Source: Nannocystales bacterium
GTDB taxonomy: Bacteria > Myxococcota_A > Polyangia > Nannocystales > Nannocystaceae
Length of the DNA: 64,000 nucleotides
Assembly: GCA_050633305.1 (NCBI GenBank)
Contig: JBOEGF010000023.1
Location: forward strand, 1 to 64,000
Direction: 5' to 3'
The notes below the pieces were generated by a model, which was not told where the DNA came from, ran no database searches, and saw nothing but the letters and a program-made list of their open reading frames with translations. A program made the translations under genes and the position numbers. Shown piece after piece: positions 39,186-47,334 of this stretch (position 1 is the stretch's first letter; each line of letters starts with the position of its first letter).

Positions 39186-40088
39186 GTGAGCGAGTCTCGA
39201 GACGACTTCGACCTCAACCTTCTGCGACACCTCGCTGCCCTGCTGGATGCGCGAGGTGTGTCGGCAGCCGCGGACGCCCTCGGACTCTCCCAACCGAGCC
39301 TCAGCCGATCGCTCGGCGTCCTCCGCCGGACATTCGGAGACCCCCTCTTGGTTCGGAGCGGGCGGTCGATGATCCCAACCCCTCGAGCCTTGGAGCTGCG
39401 CACCGAAGTCGAGCCGCTGCTGCGAAACATCGGGACCCTGGTCCAGCCCGCGCACTTCGACCCCGCCACGGCGCGACGGCGATTCTCTCTGGGGATGTCC
39501 GACCTGCTCGCTCCTCTCGTCTTGCCCCGGGTCGTCCGCGCGCTGGCCCACGACGTCCCGGGAATCGAGCTCTCCGTTCGGAGCACGCCGACGCCGACGG
39601 AAGATCTGCTCTCGGGACGGCTCGATATGGTCGCCGGCTCAACCCTGGACCACAGCGAGTTTCACCGGACTTCGCTGCGGATCCCCACGGGAACGTGGAA
39701 GGTCTTGCTTGGCCCCGAACATCCGAGTCACGGTGGACCTCTCACGAGACAGGCCTGGCTGGACTCCGACCACATTCAGATCGCGCCGGCAGGACGATAC
39801 GGCCGACCTGGAGCCGTCGACGACGTTGTGTCCGCCGCGGGGGCGACACGACGAATCGTGCTGGAACTCGGACACGTGACGGCGCTACCCACCGTCCTCT
39901 TGGACACGCCCTGGGTTTGCAGCCTCCCCACGGTGCTTGCGGAGTCCATCGCGCGCGACACCGAGCTACACGCTCTCGAGCATCCCTTTGCTGCCGAGCT
40001 GTCGGGCCCATCTCTTTGCCTCTCTTGGCACCAACGCCTCCACGCCGATCCTGGTCATCGGTGGCTACGAACGCAGCTGGTGCAGTAA
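39186..40088 (+). CDS. LysR-family regulator (NodD/nitroaromatic-like subgroup)
   Basis: FDLNLL, SQPSLSRSL..LR..FGDPL, FDPAT, WH.R.HADPGHRWLR. Confidence 0.94.
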   Translation: MSESRDDFDLNLLRHLAALLDARGVSAAADALGLSQPSLSRSLGVLRRTFGDPLLVRSGRSMIPTPRALELRTEVEPLLRNIGTLVQPAHFDPATARRRFSLGMSDLLAPLVLPRVVRALAHDVPGIELSVRSTPTPTEDLLSGRLDMVAGSTLDHSEFHRTSLRIPTGTWKVLLGPEHPSHGGPLTRQAWLDSDHIQIAPAGRYGRPGAVDDVVSAAGATRRIVLELGHVTALPTVLLDTPWVCSLPTVLAESIARDTELHALEHPFAAELSGPSLCLSWHQRLHADPGHRWLRTQLVQ

Positions 40089-40091
40089 CCC

Positions 40092-40127
40092 ATACTCGCG
40101 ACGAATCCGGGTATTCGTCCAGAGGAT
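40092..40127 (+). promoter_or_regulatory. Tandem LysR T-N11-A boxes
   Basis: ATAC-N7-GAAT (40092) and ATTC-N7-GGAT (40113), 21 bp apart, upstream of TAGGGT -10 (40160). Confidence 0.55.
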
Positions 40128-40171
40128 GCGACATCGGTTGCGGCCGCCGCCGTGTTCTCTAGGGTAGGCGT

Positions 40172-40504
40172 ATGGCGGAAAACGAGCTGGGTCGCGATGC
40201 ACTCGAGGTCTTCAACGGAAAGAAGCTCTCCTATACGTACGAGAACGGTTGGGCGTTCACGAACGTCTTCGATGGCTCCACCCGAATCACAGAGGTCGAA
40301 GGTCGCGGGACATTGCGCGAGCGGGTTGCGATCCGGTACGTCGCTCCACAGACCTACTTCATCACCTGGACCGACGACGAGATGGGCCCCATCACGCAGG
40401 TGATCGACCTGCAGGCCCGGACCCTGATCGCTGCGGTCCCGGTCGACGGAAACATCGAAGTCTGGACAAGCACAGTCACCGCGTTCGAGGACGCGGGGGC
40501 GTGA
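40172..40504 (+). CDS. Phenolic-acid-decarboxylase/MoaF-like small beta-barrel protein
   Basis: GKKLSYTYENGW, VAPQTYFITW, TQVIDL. Confidence 0.75.
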   Translation: MAENELGRDALEVFNGKKLSYTYENGWAFTNVFDGSTRITEVEGRGTLRERVAIRYVAPQTYFITWTDDEMGPITQVIDLQARTLIAAVPVDGNIEVWTSTVTAFEDAGA

Positions 40505-40600
40505 CCCGTTTCGAGCTCGGGATCGCAGTGGTCCTGGGGGGCTGCGCGGCAGCTCCTCAGGTTTGGACGGCCGAGATCACGGCGTTCGAGTCGCAGCCCC
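40501..40600 (+). pseudogene. Internally deleted lipoprotein paralogue of the upstream gene
   Basis: GTGA coupling; signal VVLGGC joined almost directly to VWTAEITAFE, matching VWTSTVTAFE at the end of 40172..40504. Confidence 0.6.
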
Positions 40601-40628
40601 GTCGCCGTGGTCGTCCACTTCGTGGCGG

Positions 40629-41582
40629 TCAGATCCGATCGACGAACCGCGCAATGGCCTTGGCGATCGCATCGGGGTGGTCCTCGGGCAAAAAGTGGAC
40701 TCCACGACCAAGCGAGACCGACTCCAGGTTGGTAAACGTCCGCTCCGCCTGCCGTACGGCGGACGGGCTCGCAATCAGCCCGGGCTTAGCGTGAAGCAGC
40801 AGCTTGGGGATGTCCGTGTCCCGCAGCCACCCCGCGTAGCTGTCCATCATCCCAGCGATGTCCCACGGAGTCTCCGTGCGTCCGCGTACAGGCATGGCCG
40901 CGGGACCCATGGGCAACAGCACACGGGCTCGGATCGCGGGGTCTGAGAAGGCGGCCCGATACGTGTCGAGTTCGTCCTCGGAGAGTTCCCGACGAACGCC
41001 AATGTCCGGAAGCATCTTCTCGACCATCATGTTTTGGTCGACGATGAACTTCTTCGCGCGCCGCGGGTTCTTCATCATCCGGAACGTCATCTTCATGCGA
41101 AGCGGGAGGTGCTTCCACCACGAGCGCGCGTCGAGCATCGCAGCTTCGACCAGGACGATCCCCTTGACACGCTCGGGGTGACGAGCCGCCCAGTGAAGAC
41201 CAAGGACGGAACCCAAGTCGTTGACGACGAGCGTCACATCGTGAAGGTCCATGGCGTCCATGAACGCATCGAAGTTCGCCTGCTGACTGCGCGGGTCGTA
41301 CCCAACCTCGTCGCCCTGGTAGGAACTTCCGTACCCCAGCAGGTCCGGGACGATCACCCGCCCGTGCTCGGACACCTCATCGACGACGTTCCGCCACAGG
41401 TAGCCTTGGGTCGGGATTCCGTGAAGCAACAGAATCGGGTCTCCGGTGCCCGCCTCAACATACTGGACGGGGTGTCCCTCGACTTGGACCGTCTGCGCGG
41501 CGTGTTGGTAGCCGGGCCACGCCAGTTCCGCCTCCGCAGGAGCGGTTGCGAGAAGCACCAACGCGAGCGCTGCTGCGATCAT
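40629..41582 (-). CDS. Haloalkane-dehalogenase-like alpha/beta hydrolase with signal peptide
   Basis: LLHGIPT, PDLLGYG.S, VVNDLGS, LVEA, G.GVHFLPED; N-terminus MIAAALALVLLATAPAEA. Confidence 0.88.
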   Translation of the reverse strand: MIAAALALVLLATAPAEAELAWPGYQHAAQTVQVEGHPVQYVEAGTGDPILLLHGIPTQGYLWRNVVDEVSEHGRVIVPDLLGYGSSYQGDEVGYDPRSQQANFDAFMDAMDLHDVTLVVNDLGSVLGLHWAARHPERVKGIVLVEAAMLDARSWWKHLPLRMKMTFRMMKNPRRAKKFIVDQNMMVEKMLPDIGVRRELSEDELDTYRAAFSDPAIRARVLLPMGPAAMPVRGRTETPWDIAGMMDSYAGWLRDTDIPKLLLHAKPGLIASPSAVRQAERTFTNLESVSLGRGVHFLPEDHPDAIAKAIARFVDRI

Positions 41583-42136
41583 CCCACCACCTCCATCGCT
41601 CCGCCGTTGCCCCCCAGCTCCTTCTGCAGACCACGAAGTCCGCGATTCATCATTCCCGCCATCATCGTGGGGAACATGTGCTTGAGAACGAGTCCCCGGA
41701 GGTCGAAGAACTGTGACCAGTCCAAGATGCACCCCGTCGCAGTCGGCTCGAGTAGCATCGCGGCGGCGTGGTTTTCGACCGGCATCATCGGGCTGCGAAC
41801 GGAGTAGACACAGGTGACCGGAGCCTCGTAGTGATGGATCGTCTCGTCGAGGTCGCCCATGCCCCACGTGTGACACAGCCGCTTGCTCCCCTCTCCCCAG
41901 TCGCCAACGTTGCAGGATGCGGTGTGATCGACCGAGCCACTGCGAATCATGCCGAACCACCCAGCGATCAGCTGTGGGTCGGTCACGCGTCCGAACACGT
42001 GCTCGGGCGAAGCTTCGAAAGGGAACCGACCGCGCATGCGAAGCGCGGCCTGCGTTTGGCGTCGGACATGCCGCTTCACCACGTCGTCGAAACGCTCGCG
42101 GGTAGGGTCAGGAGGGGTCGGGAGCGGTGCGTTCAT
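41579..42136 (-). CDS. SRPBCC (polyketide cyclase-like) protein
   Basis: ASPEHVF..VTD....WF, GEGSKR, ETI; ATGA-coupled to the hydrolase. Confidence 0.85.
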   Translation of the reverse strand: MNAPLPTPPDPTRERFDDVVKRHVRRQTQAALRMRGRFPFEASPEHVFGRVTDPQLIAGWFGMIRSGSVDHTASCNVGDWGEGSKRLCHTWGMGDLDETIHHYEAPVTCVYSVRSPMMPVENHAAAMLLEPTATGCILDWSQFFDLRGLVLKHMFPTMMAGMMNRGLRGLQKELGGNGGAMEVVG

Positions 42137-42219
42137 CGTGCCCCCTGGTTTGCGCCGCCACGCCGGTGCGCACCATGCCATAATGACGCGAATGATTATC
42201 TTTCCCGAGGAGATAGTAG

Positions 42220-43134
42220 ATGTCTGACGCGGACGGCTCCGGCTTGCGCGACTTGGACGAGCTACGCACGTTCGTGCAGATCGTGGACTCGGGAAACATG
42301 ACGGCAGCTGGACGCGTGCTGGGGCAGACCACCAACGTCGTCAGCCGCCGACTTGCTCGGCTCGAGGAGCGGCTTGGGGTGCCGTTGGCCCAGCGAACCA
42401 CGCGACGCCTCCAGCCGACCGAGGAAGGGCGCAGACTCTACGTGCGCGCCCGGCGAATCCTCGATGAGATCGCGGTCGCGGAGGCGGAACTTCGTGGCAT
42501 TGCGGAAGAACTCACCGGGGAGATCCGGGTGAGCCTGCCCACCCTCGTCGCGGAACAGCTCCGGCCCGCTCTCACCCTGTTCCTCAATGAACACCCGCAG
42601 GTCGACCTTCGCCTGTTCGTGACGGACCGTCCCAGCAGTGCGGTGTTGCGAGATATCGCGGAACAAGGGTTGGATGCGGCCCTGCTGATCGGCCCGATCC
42701 CCGCGAGTTCGGTCGTCACCCGCAGACTCTCACGCGTCCGCACCTTCTTCGCAGCCTCGCGTGCGTATATCGAACTCCACGGCACTCCCAAACGACCCCG
42801 AGACCTCTCCGACCACGCATGCTTGTGCTACATCGGCGAGCGCGTTCAGACCGAATGGGGTGTGTTCGACCGCGATGGTCAGGAGACGGTCGTGCCGGTT
42901 CGGGGGCGATTCGCAAGCTCGGACTCGCGTGCACTCGCGAACGCATTGCTCGACGGGCAAGGCATCGGCCTCGCGTTGGACACGAGCTTTGAGGACGACC
43001 GGCTCGTGCGGGTCTTGCCCAAACACGAGGGCCCCCGGCTCGACGTCCGCCTCGGGTTCGCTGCGAGCCGCCGGGGCTCCCGCCGCATCGATACACTGAC
43101 GGAGCTGCTTCGCCCCGCCCTCCAGACCATCTGA
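42220..43134 (+). CDS. LysR-family regulator (CrgA-like)
   Basis: FVQIVDSG, VSRRLARLEERLG, RTTRRLQPTEEG, G.PK.P.DL..H.CL; GAGGAG RBS; ATAAT-N10-ATTAT in the divergent gap. Confidence 0.95.
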   Translation: MSDADGSGLRDLDELRTFVQIVDSGNMTAAGRVLGQTTNVVSRRLARLEERLGVPLAQRTTRRLQPTEEGRRLYVRARRILDEIAVAEAELRGIAEELTGEIRVSLPTLVAEQLRPALTLFLNEHPQVDLRLFVTDRPSSAVLRDIAEQGLDAALLIGPIPASSVVTRRLSRVRTFFAASRAYIELHGTPKRPRDLSDHACLCYIGERVQTEWGVFDRDGQETVVPVRGRFASSDSRALANALLDGQGIGLALDTSFEDDRLVRVLPKHEGPRLDVRLGFAASRRGSRRIDTLTELLRPALQTI

Positions 43135-43136
43135 GC

Positions 43137-45005
43137 TCAGCCACCCACGCGGGTGCACGTGGTGGGGTCCAGCCGAAGGTCCATCGGCGGATCGAGATCG
43201 TCCGTGGCCACGACGCCCGGAGTGTCGAGCAGAGCACTCGCCCCCATCGCCTCCCGGCGGCGCCACGCGGCAACGTCGAGAAGATCGCGAACGAAGCCCT
43301 CGGGGTCGCGTTTGCTCGCTCGGTCCGCACAGGCCTGGACGAACCGCGCTGCACGATCCCGATGGGCAGCGGCCTCCCCCGGGGTGGCGAGCGCCGAGCG
43401 CAGCTGCGCGGCCGGGAGCCCCTCCGCGCCTTCGAGCGACGCGTGCAAGGCGTTGCGAAGCCGGTCTGCATCCGGCGCTGCAGCGGATGTACCCGGCTGC
43501 GCCGCAACTCCGCGGACCGGCGCGATGGCGGAGCACGAGCCACAGTCCCGATCGATGACCGCATTCACGCAGCCTTGATCCCAGCTTCCCGCGCAGCAGT
43601 AGTCGTCCTCCTCGCAGACGCAAGCTTCGACCTCAGCGTCCTCACACCCCGACCCTGCATGCGCGACACAGCACCCCGCAGCGTCCGGTGTATCTCCGGG
43701 CGGCGCCTGAGTGTTGTCGAGGTCGTCGAAGCTCGGAGCCAGCTCGAGCAGGGCGCATCGCGACGCGGAGTACACGGGCTCGGTGAAGTCGACCGAGAGC
43801 ACGTCCGACACGAACTCGTCGTCCACGATGCCGAGCTCGAGCAAGGTCTGCACGTACGCAAGGTCGGAGGCCGAGCGTTCCACGTACGTGAAGCCGAAGA
43901 AGGTGTCGCGATGACCGACGGTGCCCTCGATGCGACTGCCAGCCTCGTCCCGCGCGGTCGTGTATGCGTCGGCGCTCAACGGCACCGCCGTCGTCACCTG
44001 CTGCAAGGGGTCCACAAAGAACGAACTGGGGATTTCGCGGACGGGCAAAGGACTGCCCACCTCGTTGGGCTCCCCCGCGCTCTGGAGGTTGAACGACGAG
44101 CCGCAGAACAGCGGCTCCAACAGCGCCCGGGTCGAGCCGCCGTGAAGGTCTGTTCGGAGAGGATCGGCGAACGCCCCGATCCGGGTGCGGTTCCAGACCT
44201 CGTTCCCGGCCCGCACGACGCCCGACAGCTCGGCCCCGGTGCTGCGCGCGCCGAGCTCGGAGAATCGGTCCATCGCGATTCCGGCCCCGACCGTTCGCAC
44301 GCTGGCGCTCTCCCAGTGCACCCACGGGGCGTCGATTTCCCGCATGACCAGTCCGCCATCGCTGTGGCACGAGGCGCACGCCGACGTTGTTCGCGTCTGG
44401 GGGTCGACTTGGTCAAACGAGTTTCCGTGAAAGACCCACTCCGCGCCCTCCCCTTCCCCCTCGAGGGCGTAGAAGTTGAACACGCCCGCCGCTCGATCGA
44501 GCGACATCACCTGAAGCCCGGTCTGCGGGAGCTTTGGGTCATCGGCGTCGATCGGAGGAACGGCGAACAACATCTCGTACGGGAGCCGCCGACCGCACTG
44601 GCGCCCCACGACCGCACGCACGACGTCGGGCTTCTGCAGAAGCTGGGCACGCTCGGACACGATGCGTCCGAGCATCCCCGTGCGAAGGTCGTCGGCACAG
44701 CGATCATCGTCCTCGAGCCTCAGTTTTGCGATGGTCTCGGAGTACGTCCGTGGGCACGCCCCAGGCCGCTTGAGCACCACGTTCGCAAACGGATCGCCCA
44801 GCCCATCGAGGAACGCGGCATCCATGGGGCGCCCGCGGCCGTCGAGCACGTTCTGACAGGCGAACATGTCGGGCTCGGGGTCGTCGCACCCCTCGGTGTC
44901 ACAGGCCGCGCCGCCGTCCGCGACTCGACCCATGTCGTCGCCGCACGCGAACAGCGTTACGGTGGCGAGGACGATCAAAGAAGCGCGGTGAAGCCAGGGG
45001 GTCAA
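43137..45005 (-). CDS. Lipoprotein with a c-type haem motif and inserted Cys-rich module
   Basis: LFAC lipobox; FNFY, CASCH, PWVHW; CC..H...GC......CVC..D.YCC...WD..CV; start TTG 45005 or 45014. Confidence 0.8.
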   Translation of the reverse strand: MTPWLHRASLIVLATVTLFACGDDMGRVADGGAACDTEGCDDPEPDMFACQNVLDGRGRPMDAAFLDGLGDPFANVVLKRPGACPRTYSETIAKLRLEDDDRCADDLRTGMLGRIVSERAQLLQKPDVVRAVVGRQCGRRLPYEMLFAVPPIDADDPKLPQTGLQVMSLDRAAGVFNFYALEGEGEGAEWVFHGNSFDQVDPQTRTTSACASCHSDGGLVMREIDAPWVHWESASVRTVGAGIAMDRFSELGARSTGAELSGVVRAGNEVWNRTRIGAFADPLRTDLHGGSTRALLEPLFCGSSFNLQSAGEPNEVGSPLPVREIPSSFFVDPLQQVTTAVPLSADAYTTARDEAGSRIEGTVGHRDTFFGFTYVERSASDLAYVQTLLELGIVDDEFVSDVLSVDFTEPVYSASRCALLELAPSFDDLDNTQAPPGDTPDAAGCCVAHAGSGCEDAEVEACVCEEDDYCCAGSWDQGCVNAVIDRDCGSCSAIAPVRGVAAQPGTSAAAPDADRLRNALHASLEGAEGLPAAQLRSALATPGEAAAHRDRAARFVQACADRASKRDPEGFVRDLLDVAAWRRREAMGASALLDTPGVVATDDLDPPMDLRLDPTTCTRVGG

Positions 45006-45274
45006 CGCGGGCAACCCTACGGTCGCCGAGCCCTCGCATCAACGGGCAGACTCACGTTGGCAACAGACCCCCAACATGGCGTGCTGCAGCAGGTCGGAGC
45101 AATTCGCGGTCAAGTCAGAGGGATCCGTCCGCGCGCTCACGTCCCCCCTCCCGGCGCGGTGAACTCGTGGACCTCGTCATCTGCGCCCGTGCTGCGAAAG
45201 AAGCCCCGGGTTGCCGCTGAGGGGCCGTCCACCCATGCATGACCACCGAGCTTTGTGATACCCCAATGTTGCGT

Positions 45275-47215
45275 ATGAGCGGCATCAAGAGCGTCTCGAA
45301 GGAATCCCGTGTGTTCGAACCCCCCGCGGCATTTGCCGAGAAGGCCCGGGTCGGCTCACGTGAGGCGTATCAGGCTCTGTACGAGCGCAGCATCGACGAC
45401 CCCGAGGGCTTCTGGCGCGAGCAGGCCGAGCCTCTGCACTTCTTCACGCCGCCCACGTCCATCTGCCAGTGGGAGGCCCCCAAGGCTCGCTGGTTCGATG
45501 GTGGCACGACCAACATCGCCTACAACTGCCTCGATCGTCACATCGAGGCTGGCAACGGTGACCGCACAGCCTTCATCTGGGAAGGCGAGGACGGCGACGT
45601 CCTGAAACTGTCCTACTCGGATGTCCTGCGCGAGACCAACAAGCTCGCCCACGCCCTACGTGAATTGGGCGTCGAGAAAGGCGACCGCGTCATCATCTAC
45701 ATGGGCATGGTGCCCGAAGCCGCGTATGCGATGCTCGCCTGCGTTCGCATCGGCGCCATCCACTCCGTCATCTTCGGCGGGTTCGCGGCCGACGCCGTCC
45801 GGGACCGGGTCAACGACGCGGACGCCAAAGTGGTCCTGACCCAAGACGGTGCCTTTCGCCGTGGCAAGGTCGTGCCCCTCAAGGAGAACGTCGACAAGGC
45901 CCTCGATCAGTGCCCTGGCGTCAGCGCGTCGGTCGTGCTCCGTCGCGCGGGCAACGATGTGGTCATGAAGGACGGACGAGACCACGACTGGAACACGCTC
46001 GTCTCCAAGCAGTCCGGCGAGCTCGAGGCCGAGCAGCTCGATTCAGAGCATCCCTCGTTCATCCTCTACACCTCCGGTACCACGGGCAAGCCCAAGGGCG
46101 TGATGCACACGACCGCCGGATACCTCGTGGGCACCTACGTCACCTCGAAGTACGTCTTCGACCTGAACGAGGATGACGTCTACTGGTGCACCGCCGATGT
46201 CGGCTGGATCACCGGACACAGCTACATCGTGTACGGACCCCTCGCCAACGGCGCGACCGTGGTGATGTATGAGGGCGCACCCAACCACCCCGGGCCCGAC
46301 CGCTTCTGGGAGCTGATCGCCAAGCACAAGGTCACCATCTTCTACACCGCCCCCACGGCGATTCGCGCCTTCATCAAGTGGGGCGATGACCACGTGCTCA
46401 AGCACGACCTCTCCAGCTTGCGTCTGCTGGGCACTGTCGGCGAGCCGATCAACCCGGAGGCGTGGATCTGGTACCGCGACATGATCGGCAAGCAGAACTG
46501 CCCCATCGTAGACACGTGGTGGCAGACCGAGACCGGCGCGATGATGATGACCCCCCTGCCCGGCGCGATTGCAGCGGTTCCCGGGTCCTGCACGGTTCCG
46601 TTCTTCGGTGTCTCCCCCAAGATTCTCCGCGAAGATGGCACCGAGGCAGACGCGAACGAAGGCGGCTACCTCGTGATCGACAAGCCTTGGCCCTCGATGC
46701 TTCGCACCGTGTGGGGCGATGATGAGCGCTTCCGCGACACGTACTTCTCCAAGTTTGAGGGCAAGTACTTCACGGGTGACGGCGCCCGCAAAGACGAGAA
46801 CGGCAATTTCTGGGTCATGGGTCGTGTCGACGATGTGCTCAACGTGTCGGGGCACCGTCTGGGCACCGCGGAAATCGAGAGCGCCCTGGTTGCGCATGAC
46901 GATGTCGCCGAGTCAGCCGTGGTTGGCCGCCCCGACGATCTCAAGGGCCAAGCCATCGTCGCGTTCGTCACGCTCAAGCAGGGGGTCACGCCCACCGATG
47001 ACCTGAAAGCTGCATTGACCAGCTTGGTCGCCGAGGAGATCGGAAAGTTCGCTCGGCCCGATGCGATTCGGTTCGCGGACACCCTACCCAAGACCCGCAG
47101 CGGTAAGATCATGCGGCGTCTACTCGGGGAGTTGGCGCGCGGCGAGGCTCCCAAGGGCGACATGACGACGCTGGAAGACATCTCGGTGATCGCCAAGCTC
47201 CGCGGCGACGACTGA
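45275..47215 (+). CDS. acs: Acetyl-CoA synthetase
   Basis: [45 protein letters not shown]. Confidence 0.97.
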   Translation: MSGIKSVSKESRVFEPPAAFAEKARVGSREAYQALYERSIDDPEGFWREQAEPLHFFTPPTSICQWEAPKARWFDGGTTNIAYNCLDRHIEAGNGDRTAFIWEGEDGDVLKLSYSDVLRETNKLAHALRELGVEKGDRVIIYMGMVPEAAYAMLACVRIGAIHSVIFGGFAADAVRDRVNDADAKVVLTQDGAFRRGKVVPLKENVDKALDQCPGVSASVVLRRAGNDVVMKDGRDHDWNTLVSKQSGELEAEQLDSEHPSFILYTSGTTGKPKGVMHTTAGYLVGTYVTSKYVFDLNEDDVYWCTADVGWITGHSYIVYGPLANGATVVMYEGAPNHPGPDRFWELIAKHKVTIFYTAPTAIRAFIKWGDDHVLKHDLSSLRLLGTVGEPINPEAWIWYRDMIGKQNCPIVDTWWQTETGAMMMTPLPGAIAAVPGSCTVPFFGVSPKILREDGTEADANEGGYLVIDKPWPSMLRTVWGDDERFRDTYFSKFEGKYFTGDGARKDENGNFWVMGRVDDVLNVSGHRLGTAEIESALVAHDDVAESAVVGRPDDLKGQAIVAFVTLKQGVTPTDDLKAALTSLVAEEIGKFARPDAIRFADTLPKTRSGKIMRRLLGELARGEAPKGDMTTLEDISVIAKLRGDD

Positions 47216-47287
47216 CGAAAAGGTGGTGGTTGGGGGCGGCCGCCTGCTCCAGCTGTACCCAGTTGGGCGACGAGAGGAATTCACTTG

Positions 47288-47313
47288 GGAACCTTCCCTG
47301 CACACCGCTGTCT
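47288..47313 (+). promoter_or_regulatory. Candidate ECF sigma promoter
   Basis: GGAACC-N16-GTCT about 20 nt upstream of the VWA gene. Confidence 0.45.
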
Positions 47314-47334
47314 TGGGTGAGCGAGGTGCTCCCC

